DNA from: a virus
Length of the DNA stretch: 64,000 bases
Reading direction: 5' to 3' (one strand)
Virus record (IMG/VR): IMGVR_UViG_3300008267_000018
Location: 20,613 to 84,612 of that record
Shown here: positions 44,595 to 54,155 of the stretch, in pieces
How positions within the stretch are numbered: the stretch's first letter is position 1
Layout: the number at the start of each line of letters is the position of its first letter
Position numbers and translations under genes: made by a program
Notes under the pieces: generated by a model
Told to the model about the DNA's origin: nothing
The model's database searches: none
Seen by the model: the letters and a program-made list of their open reading frames with translations, nothing else

Positions 44595-45659
44595 ATGCCT
44601 AGTTTTGCAGGCGGAAAAGAACTAGCTGGTTTAAAGGGACTGCTTGGTCGCGCTGGGTATGGCGCAGGAGTTTTTACGGCCCCTTCTTGGATGCCGGCAA
44701 TTTTTAACCAAGGTCAGTCATCTTCTGCGACTAGTGCTGCAGTAAATAGAGCTGCACAAACAATGCCCGGTTTGAAACCGAATCCACAAACTGATATCGG
44801 TAGGCGATTGGGTAATGAACTGCTTTATGCAGGCGGCCAGATCATGCAAGGACGCCGTCCTTATACTGCTCCTGCACAGCAAGCACAGCAGACTGGCATG
44901 TATGGACGGTATGCAAGACCCTCTGCACAAAGTTCTACACCTGGAGTAAGTGCAGGTCCAAGTTCTTCTCCTGCTGCTGAGCGTGCCTACCAACAAGAAG
45001 TATCACGCGTTGCTCAGCTCACGGCACAAGACCCTGAGCTTCAGCGTTATGAACGCGCTCGCGCTGGTGCAAAGACCCAAGAAGATATGAATGCTGCCCG
45101 TGATATTGGTATGCAAATCTGGGCACAAAGGCATGGTGGTCTTGCCGCCAACGTGAAGCCTGGTCAGTCGGGTTACGACGCAATTCAAGGCACCATTAAC
45201 GCAGGTGCCATGGGCCAACCGACTGAGATGGGTGCATTTGCTGGTGCTCAGCCTTCTAGTTTGCTTTTCAACCCCTCTAATCCGCTTGCAACTGCACCTC
45301 CGACTGGTCCAGTTGATTACACAACGGTGGCGCCTTCCGCATTTACAGGAGCGACTGGTCTTGGTACTGAGTCCAGCTATTTTGGTGGTGCAGCCAACCA
45401 ACAACAAGCTAAGATGTTTACCCGGTTCCAAGATGCAGCCCCTGGTGGAACGCCCCTGCAGACCGGCATGAACGCCCTGCTTGCCCCTGGTAGCATCCCT
45501 GCTCCCATGGCCTCCTACCAGGGCGCCCAGGGCCTTTCTCCTGTTGGCACCAGCTTGACTCCTGACGCAAATGCGTATGCTTCAAGCCTGGCATCAGACA
45601 AGGCCCAGGCACAAGCCGAAGAATTCAAGAAGAAACTGTTAAGCGCACAAGCTAAATAA
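44595..45659 (+). CDS. low-complexity putative virion protein
   Basis: ATG 44595 after GGAGG; A/G/Q/P-rich. Confidence 0.65.
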   Translation: MPSFAGGKELAGLKGLLGRAGYGAGVFTAPSWMPAIFNQGQSSSATSAAVNRAAQTMPGLKPNPQTDIGRRLGNELLYAGGQIMQGRRPYTAPAQQAQQTGMYGRYARPSAQSSTPGVSAGPSSSPAAERAYQQEVSRVAQLTAQDPELQRYERARAGAKTQEDMNAARDIGMQIWAQRHGGLAANVKPGQSGYDAIQGTINAGAMGQPTEMGAFAGAQPSSLLFNPSNPLATAPPTGPVDYTTVAPSAFTGATGLGTESSYFGGAANQQQAKMFTRFQDAAPGGTPLQTGMNALLAPGSIPAPMASYQGAQGLSPVGTSLTPDANAYASSLASDKAQAQAEEFKKKLLSAQAK

Positions 45660-45744
45660 CCATCTGGCATTGCACAGCATGTAAGCCCAGCCAACTGGAC
45701 GCAGATCTTTGATCTATGGGGGCCAGTGTAGTTGCTTTAAACCA

Positions 45745-45861
45745 ATGATTCTCTGTCCTAAGTTTGTTAAACGTACTTTGACCTATTTAGCTACGGCCCT
45801 TGCGCTGCAAACTGTATTTATTCCTGGTCTCAAAGCAAGTTCAAATTGGGTAGGAGAATAA
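45745..45861 (+). CDS. 38-aa signal-peptide-like ORF
   Basis: MILCPKFVKRTLTYLATALALQTVFIPGLKASSNWVGE; read manually. Confidence 0.45.
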   Translation: MILCPKFVKRTLTYLATALALQTVFIPGLKASSNWVGE

Positions 45862-45871
45862 GGTAAATACC

Positions 45872-46567
45872 ATGAGTACTGGACGCATTGGAACACTAAA
45901 ACCAGAAGACCGCGCTGCTGTATTTCAATCAGCACAACGTCTTGGCTTGAACCCTTATGAGTTTGGTGCGCTTATTCACCAAGAGTCTGGATTCAGGCCT
46001 AATGTTTACGGTGGTGCCGGTGGAAACTATTACGGCTTAATCCAATTTGGCGGTCCAGAACGTGCAAAATACCTAGACAAAAATAAACTAGGTAACTACA
46101 CAATCGCAGAACAGCTGCCCGCCGTAGAAAAATTCCTTACTGACCGTGGATATAAGCCTGGTCAGATGGGAATTGATCGTGCATATGCAACGATTTTGGG
46201 TGGGAATCCAAACGTAAATCTTAATGCCAAGGATTCGTTTGGTACTTCTGTTGCCAGTTCCTTGCCAAAATTTAAACAAGGTGGTTCTCTTTACAAGGCT
46301 GCTCAAGCAACCTTGGGAGATCCATTGACTCAGCAACCTTCTACTCCTGCCCCCACTGCAGCTGCCCCTGCTAAAAGTTCTATTGATCCCCAGGCTTTAC
46401 TTGGTATGTTCATGGGACAAATGCTGGCAGGCGGTAATCAAAACATGAATCAAAAGTTGCTGTCGCTAATGTCTCCACCTCAAAGTCAAATGAACAAAAA
46501 TCTATTTGATGCTGAGTACTACACTCCGGTAAGTCGGTTCCTGACAGAATTAACTGGCCGACAGTAA
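45872..46567 (+). CDS. lytic transglycosylase-like (lysozyme fold) protein
   Basis: LGLNPYEFGALIHQESGFRP...YYGLIQF. Confidence 0.75.
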   Translation: MSTGRIGTLKPEDRAAVFQSAQRLGLNPYEFGALIHQESGFRPNVYGGAGGNYYGLIQFGGPERAKYLDKNKLGNYTIAEQLPAVEKFLTDRGYKPGQMGIDRAYATILGGNPNVNLNAKDSFGTSVASSLPKFKQGGSLYKAAQATLGDPLTQQPSTPAPTAAAPAKSSIDPQALLGMFMGQMLAGGNQNMNQKLLSLMSPPQSQMNKNLFDAEYYTPVSRFLTELTGRQ

Positions 46568-46605
46568 TATTGCTAAAATAAGTGTAATAGCCTAGGAGAA
46601 AACAA

Positions 46606-47382
46606 TTGGCCTCTACTAGTACAAACAAGCAACCCTTGTTGGTTGACCGTCCTTTATTTGATTCTGTACGCGTAACTACGCAGACAGTTGGCAGTCAGGC
46701 CGGTAATACTATTTTTGTTCAAGGAGGCCAATCTCCTTCGATCCTGGTCGACATGGATGCGACCTTTGGCGAAGACAATAACAATGGTGGTGTTATTGAT
46801 TCTGTTACGATTGTCAGAAACGATAAATATCGTGACCCTGATTACACAATTAGCAGTGGTACGTCTGGCACTGTGATTGCACTAACCAGTGGTCAACAAG
46901 TCTTTATTCAAAACACGGGTGTTCTTGGTACGGCTGCCATGAGTGGCTTTGGTTACTATACGTACACCGGTGCCGCCACTTTGACTGGTGTCAACACTAG
47001 CTTAATTTTTTCTGGTGGTACAGCTAGTGGTTTTAGCTATAACGGTGCTGCATATAATCAACCTGCCGTAACTTTTGTTTTCTACCATACGCGTAATACT
47101 ACTACTCCTATTCCGGCTTCGGGTGACTACCGTGTACTGTTCACCAAGACAGTCCCTGCTAGCAGCGGGCAGGTTGATTGCTCTGATGTGATGCCTGTTC
47201 TTGCCGCACCTGTTGTACAAGCTGGTAACACAACTGGCCTCGGCCCCACAGCACCTCTTCGCAACAAAGGAGTTTACCTGGAGCGTGGTGACCGTATTTA
47301 CGTCGGTGTGTTTGCTGAAGGACCTAACGTATCCGGCTACACTCCCGGTGCTCACATTTACGCACAAGGCGGTTTCTTCTAA
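46606..47382 (+). CDS. putative structural (tail) protein
   Basis: beta-rich; AGGAG Shine-Dalgarno; TTG start. Confidence 0.6.
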   Translation: MASTSTNKQPLLVDRPLFDSVRVTTQTVGSQAGNTIFVQGGQSPSILVDMDATFGEDNNNGGVIDSVTIVRNDKYRDPDYTISSGTSGTVIALTSGQQVFIQNTGVLGTAAMSGFGYYTYTGAATLTGVNTSLIFSGGTASGFSYNGAAYNQPAVTFVFYHTRNTTTPIPASGDYRVLFTKTVPASSGQVDCSDVMPVLAAPVVQAGNTTGLGPTAPLRNKGVYLERGDRIYVGVFAEGPNVSGYTPGAHIYAQGGFF

Positions 47383-47384
47383 GA

Positions 47385-48914
47385 ATGGCTAAAAAGAGTG
47401 GAAGCTCTTTTGGTAACTTCAGCCAGGGGCCTATCTTTTTACCTTCAGGGGTAAAAGCAATTAAAACAGAGTTCTCTAAAGGCTCGGTCCCTGACTCAAT
47501 CTATGCTGCCAACAGAGAATCTGCCTGGTCCAGGTGGCGCCGTGGTTACGAGTTAGCCACGGCAGTTTTTTATGACAATGATTACACATATCCTTTTCAA
47601 TATCAAATTCCAGTTCCATCGGGTACTCCAAGCTCTGTAACAAATCCGGCACCCATAGTCTCAGGTACTTTTGTTGGATTTCCAACAAAGAACAAAGAGC
47701 TTGGCATGCATTGGGCCGGCTGGCGCTATGCAGGCTCAATGCGTAGTGATAAACTTTCTGATCCAAGTAGTGGCCAAAAATTATTTATTGAATCAATTAC
47801 AGAAGATGCAAATAATTGGTACGTAAAACTTGCTGGCAATTGGAGCCCTTCCAACCCACTGCCTCCTCCTTTTTATGTGGCAGTTCCAGGCGTACCTGGT
47901 GGATTGACTCCTTTGAATAGTGAGGTATTAGAAGATCGTGTTATTGATGTTGGTGGTGAAATCATTGACAAAGAAACAATTAACCCCAATACGCAAAAAC
48001 GTTACGGCTACTCACAAGCTGTGTTAATCAATACCAATCCCTTCACTGGTATTTTGACGTTAAGAAAAACGGGCTCAGTTCAAATTACTCCTGACCAAGA
48101 GTATTTAACGCCTTCACCCGTTTCATTTACAGTAGGCAGGTACTTGATAACAGGTGCTAGGTTTTGTTGCTCGTGCCAAGACTTTACCAGACGTGATTAC
48201 TCGTTTATGCGTGATTTAACCAAAGGTAACAAACGCATTTACCCTCGTTCAAATGTTGCATCTATTAAGCCTGGTCGATATGAAGTAATGACCCTTAGTG
48301 GAGTTGTCGATAACAGTGCTATGACAACAGCTAAGTTAAACAGGCAGTTAACCGTGTATGCACCATCCGGATACTCCTTACCTTTTAATGTGGCAACTAC
48401 CTCTTTGACACCTGATCCAATCCGTGACAATCCAGGTGTCTACCGTGAATTCGGTGCAACCTATTTAAGAAGTACGGCAGATCCAGCTATCCCTGGCTCA
48501 AAAGCAGAAGGGATGCCTAGCTACAATGATTATAGTGCTGAACAAGGACAGATTACTTCGTTAACTGATAACTGGACACCATTGCTAGATGAGTTGCGTT
48601 ATTGCAAACATATTTATGCACTTCGATTTAAAGATAAAACTTTTCCGCCAGAACCATCTGATTTTCCTGTTCAACAAGGAAGCATGGTCAATTGGGAGCA
48701 GCATCTTATAGATCAAACAGCAAGTGATCAGAAATCTGCTTTGTCTTTTGTTATGACAACAAAAGCGTTAGGAAATATGGACGTACCTCCTTATAATTGT
48801 CAATCACCAATGATGATGCCAATGATGCAAAAACTTTTTAACATACCAACAAATTTTGTTGTTATGCAAGGTTTTACAATGTTTGATAAAAATGGTGAAC
48901 CATACAAACCATAA
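47385..48914 (+). CDS. hypothetical protein with a split SWIM-like motif
   Basis: FCCSCQDF ... about 140 aa ... YCKHIYAL. Confidence 0.65.
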   Translation: MAKKSGSSFGNFSQGPIFLPSGVKAIKTEFSKGSVPDSIYAANRESAWSRWRRGYELATAVFYDNDYTYPFQYQIPVPSGTPSSVTNPAPIVSGTFVGFPTKNKELGMHWAGWRYAGSMRSDKLSDPSSGQKLFIESITEDANNWYVKLAGNWSPSNPLPPPFYVAVPGVPGGLTPLNSEVLEDRVIDVGGEIIDKETINPNTQKRYGYSQAVLINTNPFTGILTLRKTGSVQITPDQEYLTPSPVSFTVGRYLITGARFCCSCQDFTRRDYSFMRDLTKGNKRIYPRSNVASIKPGRYEVMTLSGVVDNSAMTTAKLNRQLTVYAPSGYSLPFNVATTSLTPDPIRDNPGVYREFGATYLRSTADPAIPGSKAEGMPSYNDYSAEQGQITSLTDNWTPLLDELRYCKHIYALRFKDKTFPPEPSDFPVQQGSMVNWEQHLIDQTASDQKSALSFVMTTKALGNMDVPPYNCQSPMMMPMMQKLFNIPTNFVVMQGFTMFDKNGEPYKP

Positions 48915-48938
48915 AAAAGCCCCACCGAAGCGGGGTTT
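48913..48938. terminator. bidirectional terminator between convergent genes
   Basis: AAAAAAGCCCC-ACCGAAGC-GGGGTTT. Confidence 0.65.
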
Positions 48939-48949
48939 ATGTTATTTGA

Positions 48950-49168
48950 TCAAGCTTTAACCGGAAGCTTATCTTGTTTGTTGAGGTGCTTGCGTACTGC
49001 CTCTACGTTCCAGCGATAGCTATCCCGCGAGCGTGTCTCAGGAAAGGCTGCAAAGTGCGGTCCAAGCTTCAGGGTACCATTATCGCGGTACCTGAAGAGA
49101 GTCTTCTTGTCAAGGCCTAGAAGTTCTTCTACGCGTTGAGCAGAAACCCATCCCTGGTGAGTTGCCAT
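48950..49168 (-). CDS. excisionase/MerR-like HTH protein
   Basis: WVSAQRVEELLGLDKKTLFRYRDNG.LKLGPHF...YRWNV. Confidence 0.7.
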   Translation of the reverse strand: MATHQGWVSAQRVEELLGLDKKTLFRYRDNGTLKLGPHFAAFPETRSRDSYRWNVEAVRKHLNKQDKLPVKA

Positions 49169-49303
49169 GGTGCAAGCAAAACATTTACTTGCATACCTTA
49201 ACTGGTGTCAAGCCCATGTCAACCAGTTTAATAAAAATTTTATCTTTTTATTTTTGGCTTAACAGATAGGTGAAATTAAAATAAGATAACGGCAATCAAA
49301 TAC

Positions 49304-49672
49304 ATGTTTTGCAACGAGCACGAGCCCCTTGCTTTGCTAGTTGAATTAACACCAAAACTTGCTAAAAAACGTTTTCGAGATGAAATTTATAAATCCTGGA
49401 GCCACTGCTGTGGTTACTGTGGAGATCCGGCAACAAGCTTAGATCATATAGTACCCAGATTTAAATCAGGATCTTCTAATCGTCACAATCTCTTACCTGC
49501 TTGCAGGCGGTGCAATACTAACAAGGCCAGTGAAAAAATGCAAGAATGGTATTTAAAGCAGTCTTTTTTTGATGCCTTAAAACTTGAAAAAATTACAAAC
49601 TGGATGCAACAAGATACACTAGAATTACTACCCTGGAAGCCCAGGCTTGACGATAAAAATTTTGCTGCGTAA
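49304..49672 (+). CDS. HNH endonuclease (McrA-type), probably a resident gene
   Basis: CGYCG..ATSLDHIVPRFKSG...NLLPACRRCN..K. Confidence 0.85.
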   Translation: MFCNEHEPLALLVELTPKLAKKRFRDEIYKSWSHCCGYCGDPATSLDHIVPRFKSGSSNRHNLLPACRRCNTNKASEKMQEWYLKQSFFDALKLEKITNWMQQDTLELLPWKPRLDDKNFAA

Positions 49673-49675
49673 CTA

Positions 49676-52645
49676 ATGGCATCTTACAACACAAGCACAA
49701 AAACCTGGACGCCTTTTTCTTACCCTACAAACCAAAAAACGGATTACACTGCCGAAGCTTTTGCATCTCAGTACCCAGGTAAAACAGCAGCTGATTTTGC
49801 GTCTACCTATCCGGCAAACAGGCCAACCGACTTAGCAACCACGCAAAAATTCTTTGTCAAGTTCAAAGACAATGGTAAGGTAGATGAAATAAAAATCCAA
49901 AACACGAGTCCTGGTAATAACTGGGAAAGATATGATCTAAAGGCGGGTAAAGAAATAGGTGATTATAATTTTCAGTTTCCAAATGGTGATAATGACAATC
50001 GCAAGCAAGCATTAAGAGACGCAAGAAATCAATTAGATACTAATAAAGCTACAAACAACAGCAATGCTTCGGAAAATACTCAAGATATTACAAGGCGCAC
50101 AACTGCAGCAGCTACGCACAATGAGACGCAAGTTGCAAATCGCAGCAATGCAGCGGCACAGTTAAATTCTCAAAATCAATTAACAAAAAATAAAAATACA
50201 GCTATTAATAGTTTTAGTTCTTCGCTTATCTCATTAGCGTCTACCACTCAAGGTGGAGACTACTTAAACAAACTAAGAGCTTTGGACGATAGCATTTTGC
50301 AAAGCGCCGGCTTGACTAACGCAGAAATTTCAACCGTATTTAATTCGGCAAAAAACGCCTTTGATACTTTTTATTTGAAAGAAAAAGTGACTCCCTGGGA
50401 CGCGGCTTCTCAAGGTGTTCAACCTCCTACTGGTGGGTTTAATGCGTCTTATTATCAACAAAATTATCCAGACGCATTAAAAGAATGGAATGCTGCGCAA
50501 GAAACAAATGTTAACGGACGTATTTTTAAAAATTTAGATATCACTGCTCGTTACAGTCAAAATACTTATCTTTTGCAGCATTACACCAACGTAGGCAGGC
50601 ACGCTGGCTATAGAGGAAATGCAGCCCTGGAAGCTGAGCAATCAACCAATTATTTAGAAACACTTACGGACTATGAAAAACAAGTCTATAGAGACAAGGT
50701 TTTAGGCATTACAAAGATTGGTGGCAAAGATGTCATTCAACTTGCTACTCCTGAATACGACTCCGAGGGAAAGCTAATTAACCAGGCAGAGGTAAATACT
50801 TTATTAGAGCAAAATATTGCCAATGTACTAACTTCCGAGTCTAGTCGTCAAGAAAAACAATTGCAATTGCTTGCGCAGGATGTTTTGCAGCAGTCTATTG
50901 GTGAATTAAAAAAAGCAAAAGAAAAAGAATCAAATTTAATGCTCGTAAAGAATCTTCCTGCGTACAGCGAGATAATGAATATTAACACTACATTGGCAAA
51001 CTCAATTCTAGGGGACTCTTCTTTTGGTGGTATGTTAGGTTTTGTAGATCCAAAGAATACTTTTAAAACAAATCTTCAGAAAGATATTGAGGGACTTACA
51101 GGCGTTTCGTCTAACGCAACTGTTTATAACTGGCAAAAATGGTTTGACGAAACCCTGCTTAAGCGTTATGAAACCTTTCAAATGCAGCTCAATGCGCGAT
51201 CCCCTGAAGAGATTGCACGTTATCAAGAGCAAGCAAAAAATGACAAATTAACTTATGACGAAGCGCTAAAGACTAATCCAAATGCAGAAAAGCCTTTATT
51301 TTTAAAAAAAGCAGAAGAGTACAAAGTAGACATCAATAATGCAAATCAATTCAAAGAGCTGTTGTTAAAAGTTGATCAAGATTCTCAGAAAGAGTTTTTG
51401 ACTAGTTTTATTAATGGTTACATTAAGCCTCGCTTTGATCAATCAAAGTCTATGGATGAATTTGTCAGTTACTTAGATGTTAAAGAAGAAGAGCAAAATA
51501 TCTTTCAGTCTCAATCTGTTATTAATAAATTAAAGCAAGTTGCAGAACTGCGAAGCAATGCAATGCTTAGTTTTTACAAAACAGCTGAAGCCGCAAGGAG
51601 AAGTTTTGATTCTGATTTTTATCTGGATCCAATTACTAAAGCAACCAAAGATTTAACCACGGATCAACGCCTTGCTTATGCAAATCAAAAGACAATTGTT
51701 AATGCAGATTTTGAAGCAGCCAAGAATGGCGCAAGTTCCAACGGAGTAGATTGGGCAACCGAAGCTTACCGTTACGGTTATGAAGGTACTTACAAGACTG
51801 ATCCCAAAGTTTTTGCGAGGCTTCATTATCAAGTACTTGGTTCAACTGGACAGCTTAAAGACGCACAAGGAAACCCAATTGTCCTGGATCCAGCTGAAAA
51901 CATCTTGGGGTATAACGAATTGCAAAAAAAAATTACAGAAACAACAGAAGAGCTTGTCCTTAGGAAAGACTTGTATGGTGATACTGCTTTTATGAAGTTT
52001 GTAACACCAGAAGAATTTGCGGATTCTATTTTGTCTTCTGTTAGCCCAGAAAAAAACAAAGAAGAATGGGAAAAAATACTTAAACAGATTGGGCTCGAAG
52101 GGAGTGATGCTACGGTTGAAAATGTAAAGCAATATTTAATTGATTCGTTTAGGACTGAAGAAGCTAAAAATATCAGGGAAAGTATTAAATATTTAAACGA
52201 ACAAAAAGAAAACTTGAATCAAGAGAAACTTGGTGTTAGTTACATTGAAAGAGAGAAAGACAAAAAAGATATCAGTCCAGAGGCCGAGACTCAACTGTAT
52301 CAAATTTTTAAATCCGCTGGCTTTGAGGGAAGTGAAGACGATTTTTATACAAACTTTATGCCGGACGTTGATAGGGAAGAGCAGCGAACTCTAAGCAAGG
52401 CTTTGTCCAAAGAAGGACTAACCACCGAAGCCCTGGATCTTTCTGATCCCTTCAGTGCATTTTCCAACATCTCAAATTTCTTTGACCAAGCAGAACCGAC
52501 CACGACAACAGCAAAAACAAACGAGCCTGCAAAATCTTCTTATTTTAATATATTTGGAGGAGACGAAGAAGAGCTACCGACCAAGTCAAAGACAGCTCAA
52601 TCTATTCTCGGTGAATTTACATCCATGTTTAAAGGTTTTAGCTAA
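49676..52645 (+). CDS. large hypothetical protein, possibly virion
   Basis: 989 aa; two F(N/D)xxxY...HYxxxG motifs. Confidence 0.7.
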   Translation: MASYNTSTKTWTPFSYPTNQKTDYTAEAFASQYPGKTAADFASTYPANRPTDLATTQKFFVKFKDNGKVDEIKIQNTSPGNNWERYDLKAGKEIGDYNFQFPNGDNDNRKQALRDARNQLDTNKATNNSNASENTQDITRRTTAAATHNETQVANRSNAAAQLNSQNQLTKNKNTAINSFSSSLISLASTTQGGDYLNKLRALDDSILQSAGLTNAEISTVFNSAKNAFDTFYLKEKVTPWDAASQGVQPPTGGFNASYYQQNYPDALKEWNAAQETNVNGRIFKNLDITARYSQNTYLLQHYTNVGRHAGYRGNAALEAEQSTNYLETLTDYEKQVYRDKVLGITKIGGKDVIQLATPEYDSEGKLINQAEVNTLLEQNIANVLTSESSRQEKQLQLLAQDVLQQSIGELKKAKEKESNLMLVKNLPAYSEIMNINTTLANSILGDSSFGGMLGFVDPKNTFKTNLQKDIEGLTGVSSNATVYNWQKWFDETLLKRYETFQMQLNARSPEEIARYQEQAKNDKLTYDEALKTNPNAEKPLFLKKAEEYKVDINNANQFKELLLKVDQDSQKEFLTSFINGYIKPRFDQSKSMDEFVSYLDVKEEEQNIFQSQSVINKLKQVAELRSNAMLSFYKTAEAARRSFDSDFYLDPITKATKDLTTDQRLAYANQKTIVNADFEAAKNGASSNGVDWATEAYRYGYEGTYKTDPKVFARLHYQVLGSTGQLKDAQGNPIVLDPAENILGYNELQKKITETTEELVLRKDLYGDTAFMKFVTPEEFADSILSSVSPEKNKEEWEKILKQIGLEGSDATVENVKQYLIDSFRTEEAKNIRESIKYLNEQKENLNQEKLGVSYIEREKDKKDISPEAETQLYQIFKSAGFEGSEDDFYTNFMPDVDREEQRTLSKALSKEGLTTEALDLSDPFSAFSNISNFFDQAEPTTTTAKTNEPAKSSYFNIFGGDEEELPTKSKTAQSILGEFTSMFKGFS

Positions 52646-52944
52646 TGTCTGATAAAGCACGCAAAGCAGCTTCTGCAGCCAAGCTTCACAAAGATTCAAT
52701 GGAATGTAACAAACCAAGGAAGACGCCAGGACATCCAACCAAGAGCCATGTTGTGAAAGCCTGCGAGGGAGGGGAGGAAAAAATTGTGCGTTTTGGCCAG
52801 CAAGGCGTAGAGGGTGCCGGTAAAAACCCAAAAACAGAAAAGGACAAGGCACGTAGAAACTCTTATTATGCTCGACATAACGCACAAGACTCAAGCCCTG
52901 ACAAGATGTCCGCACGTTACTGGAGCCATAAAGTGAAGTGGTAG
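52645..52944 (+). CDS. conserved basic phage protein
   Basis: KSHVVKA....KIVRFGQQG...RRNSYYARH...SARYWS. Confidence 0.7.
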   Translation: MSDKARKAASAAKLHKDSMECNKPRKTPGHPTKSHVVKACEGGEEKIVRFGQQGVEGAGKNPKTEKDKARRNSYYARHNAQDSSPDKMSARYWSHKVKW

Positions 52945-52993
52945 ACAGTTTGCAAGAATTCGGCTAAATTAACCACGCCCCATCCAGCTCACG

Positions 52994-53119
52994 ATGGCAA
53001 AACCCAAGTCAACCTCATTAGTTAAAATTGAATCCCGCCCAAAGCTGACGAGGCAAGGTGATGGCAAGCATTCCAAAGCTAACCATGGTCGCAAGTTAAG
53101 CAGGGGGCAGGGCAAGTAA
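52994..53119 (+). CDS. 41-aa basic protein ending RGQGK
   Basis: MAKPKSTSLVKIESRPKLTRQGDGKHSKANHGRKLSRGQGK; read manually. Confidence 0.65.
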   Translation: MAKPKSTSLVKIESRPKLTRQGDGKHSKANHGRKLSRGQGK

Positions 53120-53162
53120 TCTAAATTATTGTGTATGATTGGGAGTAACAGTAGTTGCTCCC

Positions 53163-53822
53163 ATGTCAGATTTCAGTGAAGCAGTACGCCTCATTTGTAA
53201 ACATGAGGGGTTTAATGAAAAGGCCTACGCAGATCCCGTAACTGAAGCTGAGCCTTACACCATCGGTTTTGGTACACAGTTTTACCCAGATGGAGAGCCG
53301 GTAAAACGTGGACAGCGCTGCACAAAACACAAAGCCATGGAGTATCTTTACCATGAGCTTGCAGTTCTTGATCAAAATTTAGAAAAGTTAAATCTTGGCT
53401 TAGATACTCACATGCGACAAGCGTTGCTGTCGTTTATCCATTCGGTTGGTTGGGAGTCTTTCCTCTACAGTGCGATCCCAGATCTTGTTGAAATTGAAGA
53501 CTGGCCTGGAACTGTAAAAGAAATGAATCAGTGGATTTATGACTATTACCACAATGTTGTCGGAGGCATGGTAGAACGCCGTCGTGAAGAAGTTGAATTG
53601 TTTCTTAAAGATGTAAAGACTGTTCCACGCGAAACGACTGACCTTTTGCTGGCCGCTTTTCGTTCCTATACAGCTGCTCCTCATGAAGTAAAAGCAATAA
53701 GGAAGCTAGAAGAAAACACAAGCCCTTATGACCTGGCTCAGTTTGCTAATAATTTCAAACTTAGTCAAAACCCCTGGAGTGACGCCACCCACGAAGAGAT
53801 AGACGCTATCTTTAATGTGTAG
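53163..53822 (+). CDS. phage lysozyme (GH24) endolysin
   Basis: ICKHEGF...AYADP.....YTIGFGT...GMVERRREE. Confidence 0.85.
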   Translation: MSDFSEAVRLICKHEGFNEKAYADPVTEAEPYTIGFGTQFYPDGEPVKRGQRCTKHKAMEYLYHELAVLDQNLEKLNLGLDTHMRQALLSFIHSVGWESFLYSAIPDLVEIEDWPGTVKEMNQWIYDYYHNVVGGMVERRREEVELFLKDVKTVPRETTDLLLAAFRSYTAAPHEVKAIRKLEENTSPYDLAQFANNFKLSQNPWSDATHEEIDAIFNV

Positions 53823-53846
53823 ACTTAGAATACTTTTATTGACCCA

Positions 53847-54155
53847 ATGAAGGAATCAATGGAACGTTCGGTAGAACCACAGCATTTTGAACTTCCATTG
53901 GAACTTCAATTTGCCATGCGTAAGGCCGAATTGCAGGCCGAAGAGATGACCTGGGATGAGTTGTATTCAGCTCTTTTAAACCTCTACCATCAACGACTGA
54001 TGGAATGGCAAGCAGTCAAGGAAATCTTGGCGGATGAAAATATCGATATTGACTTTGGCCATCCAACGGATATTGAGCTAGCACAACTCGCCGCCGCCTG
54101 CATTGCAGACGACGACGAAGATGATGATGAAGACGATTACCTTCAGCCTTTCTGA
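53847..54155 (+). CDS. nblA: NblA phycobilisome-degradation adaptor homolog with acidic tail
   Basis: LPLELQFAMRKAELQAEEMTWDELYSALLNLYHQRLMEWQAVKEIL matches the NblA pattern LSLEQQF..R......MS..Q....L..LY.Q. Confidence 0.75.
   Translation: MKESMERSVEPQHFELPLELQFAMRKAELQAEEMTWDELYSALLNLYHQRLMEWQAVKEILADENIDIDFGHPTDIELAQLAAACIADDDEDDDEDDYLQPF

Noticed and set aside
49304-49672. McrA-type HNH as a fourth tail-replacement cassette
   Set aside because: No flanking duplication; it has its own -10 and is coupled to the next gene, so it looks resident.
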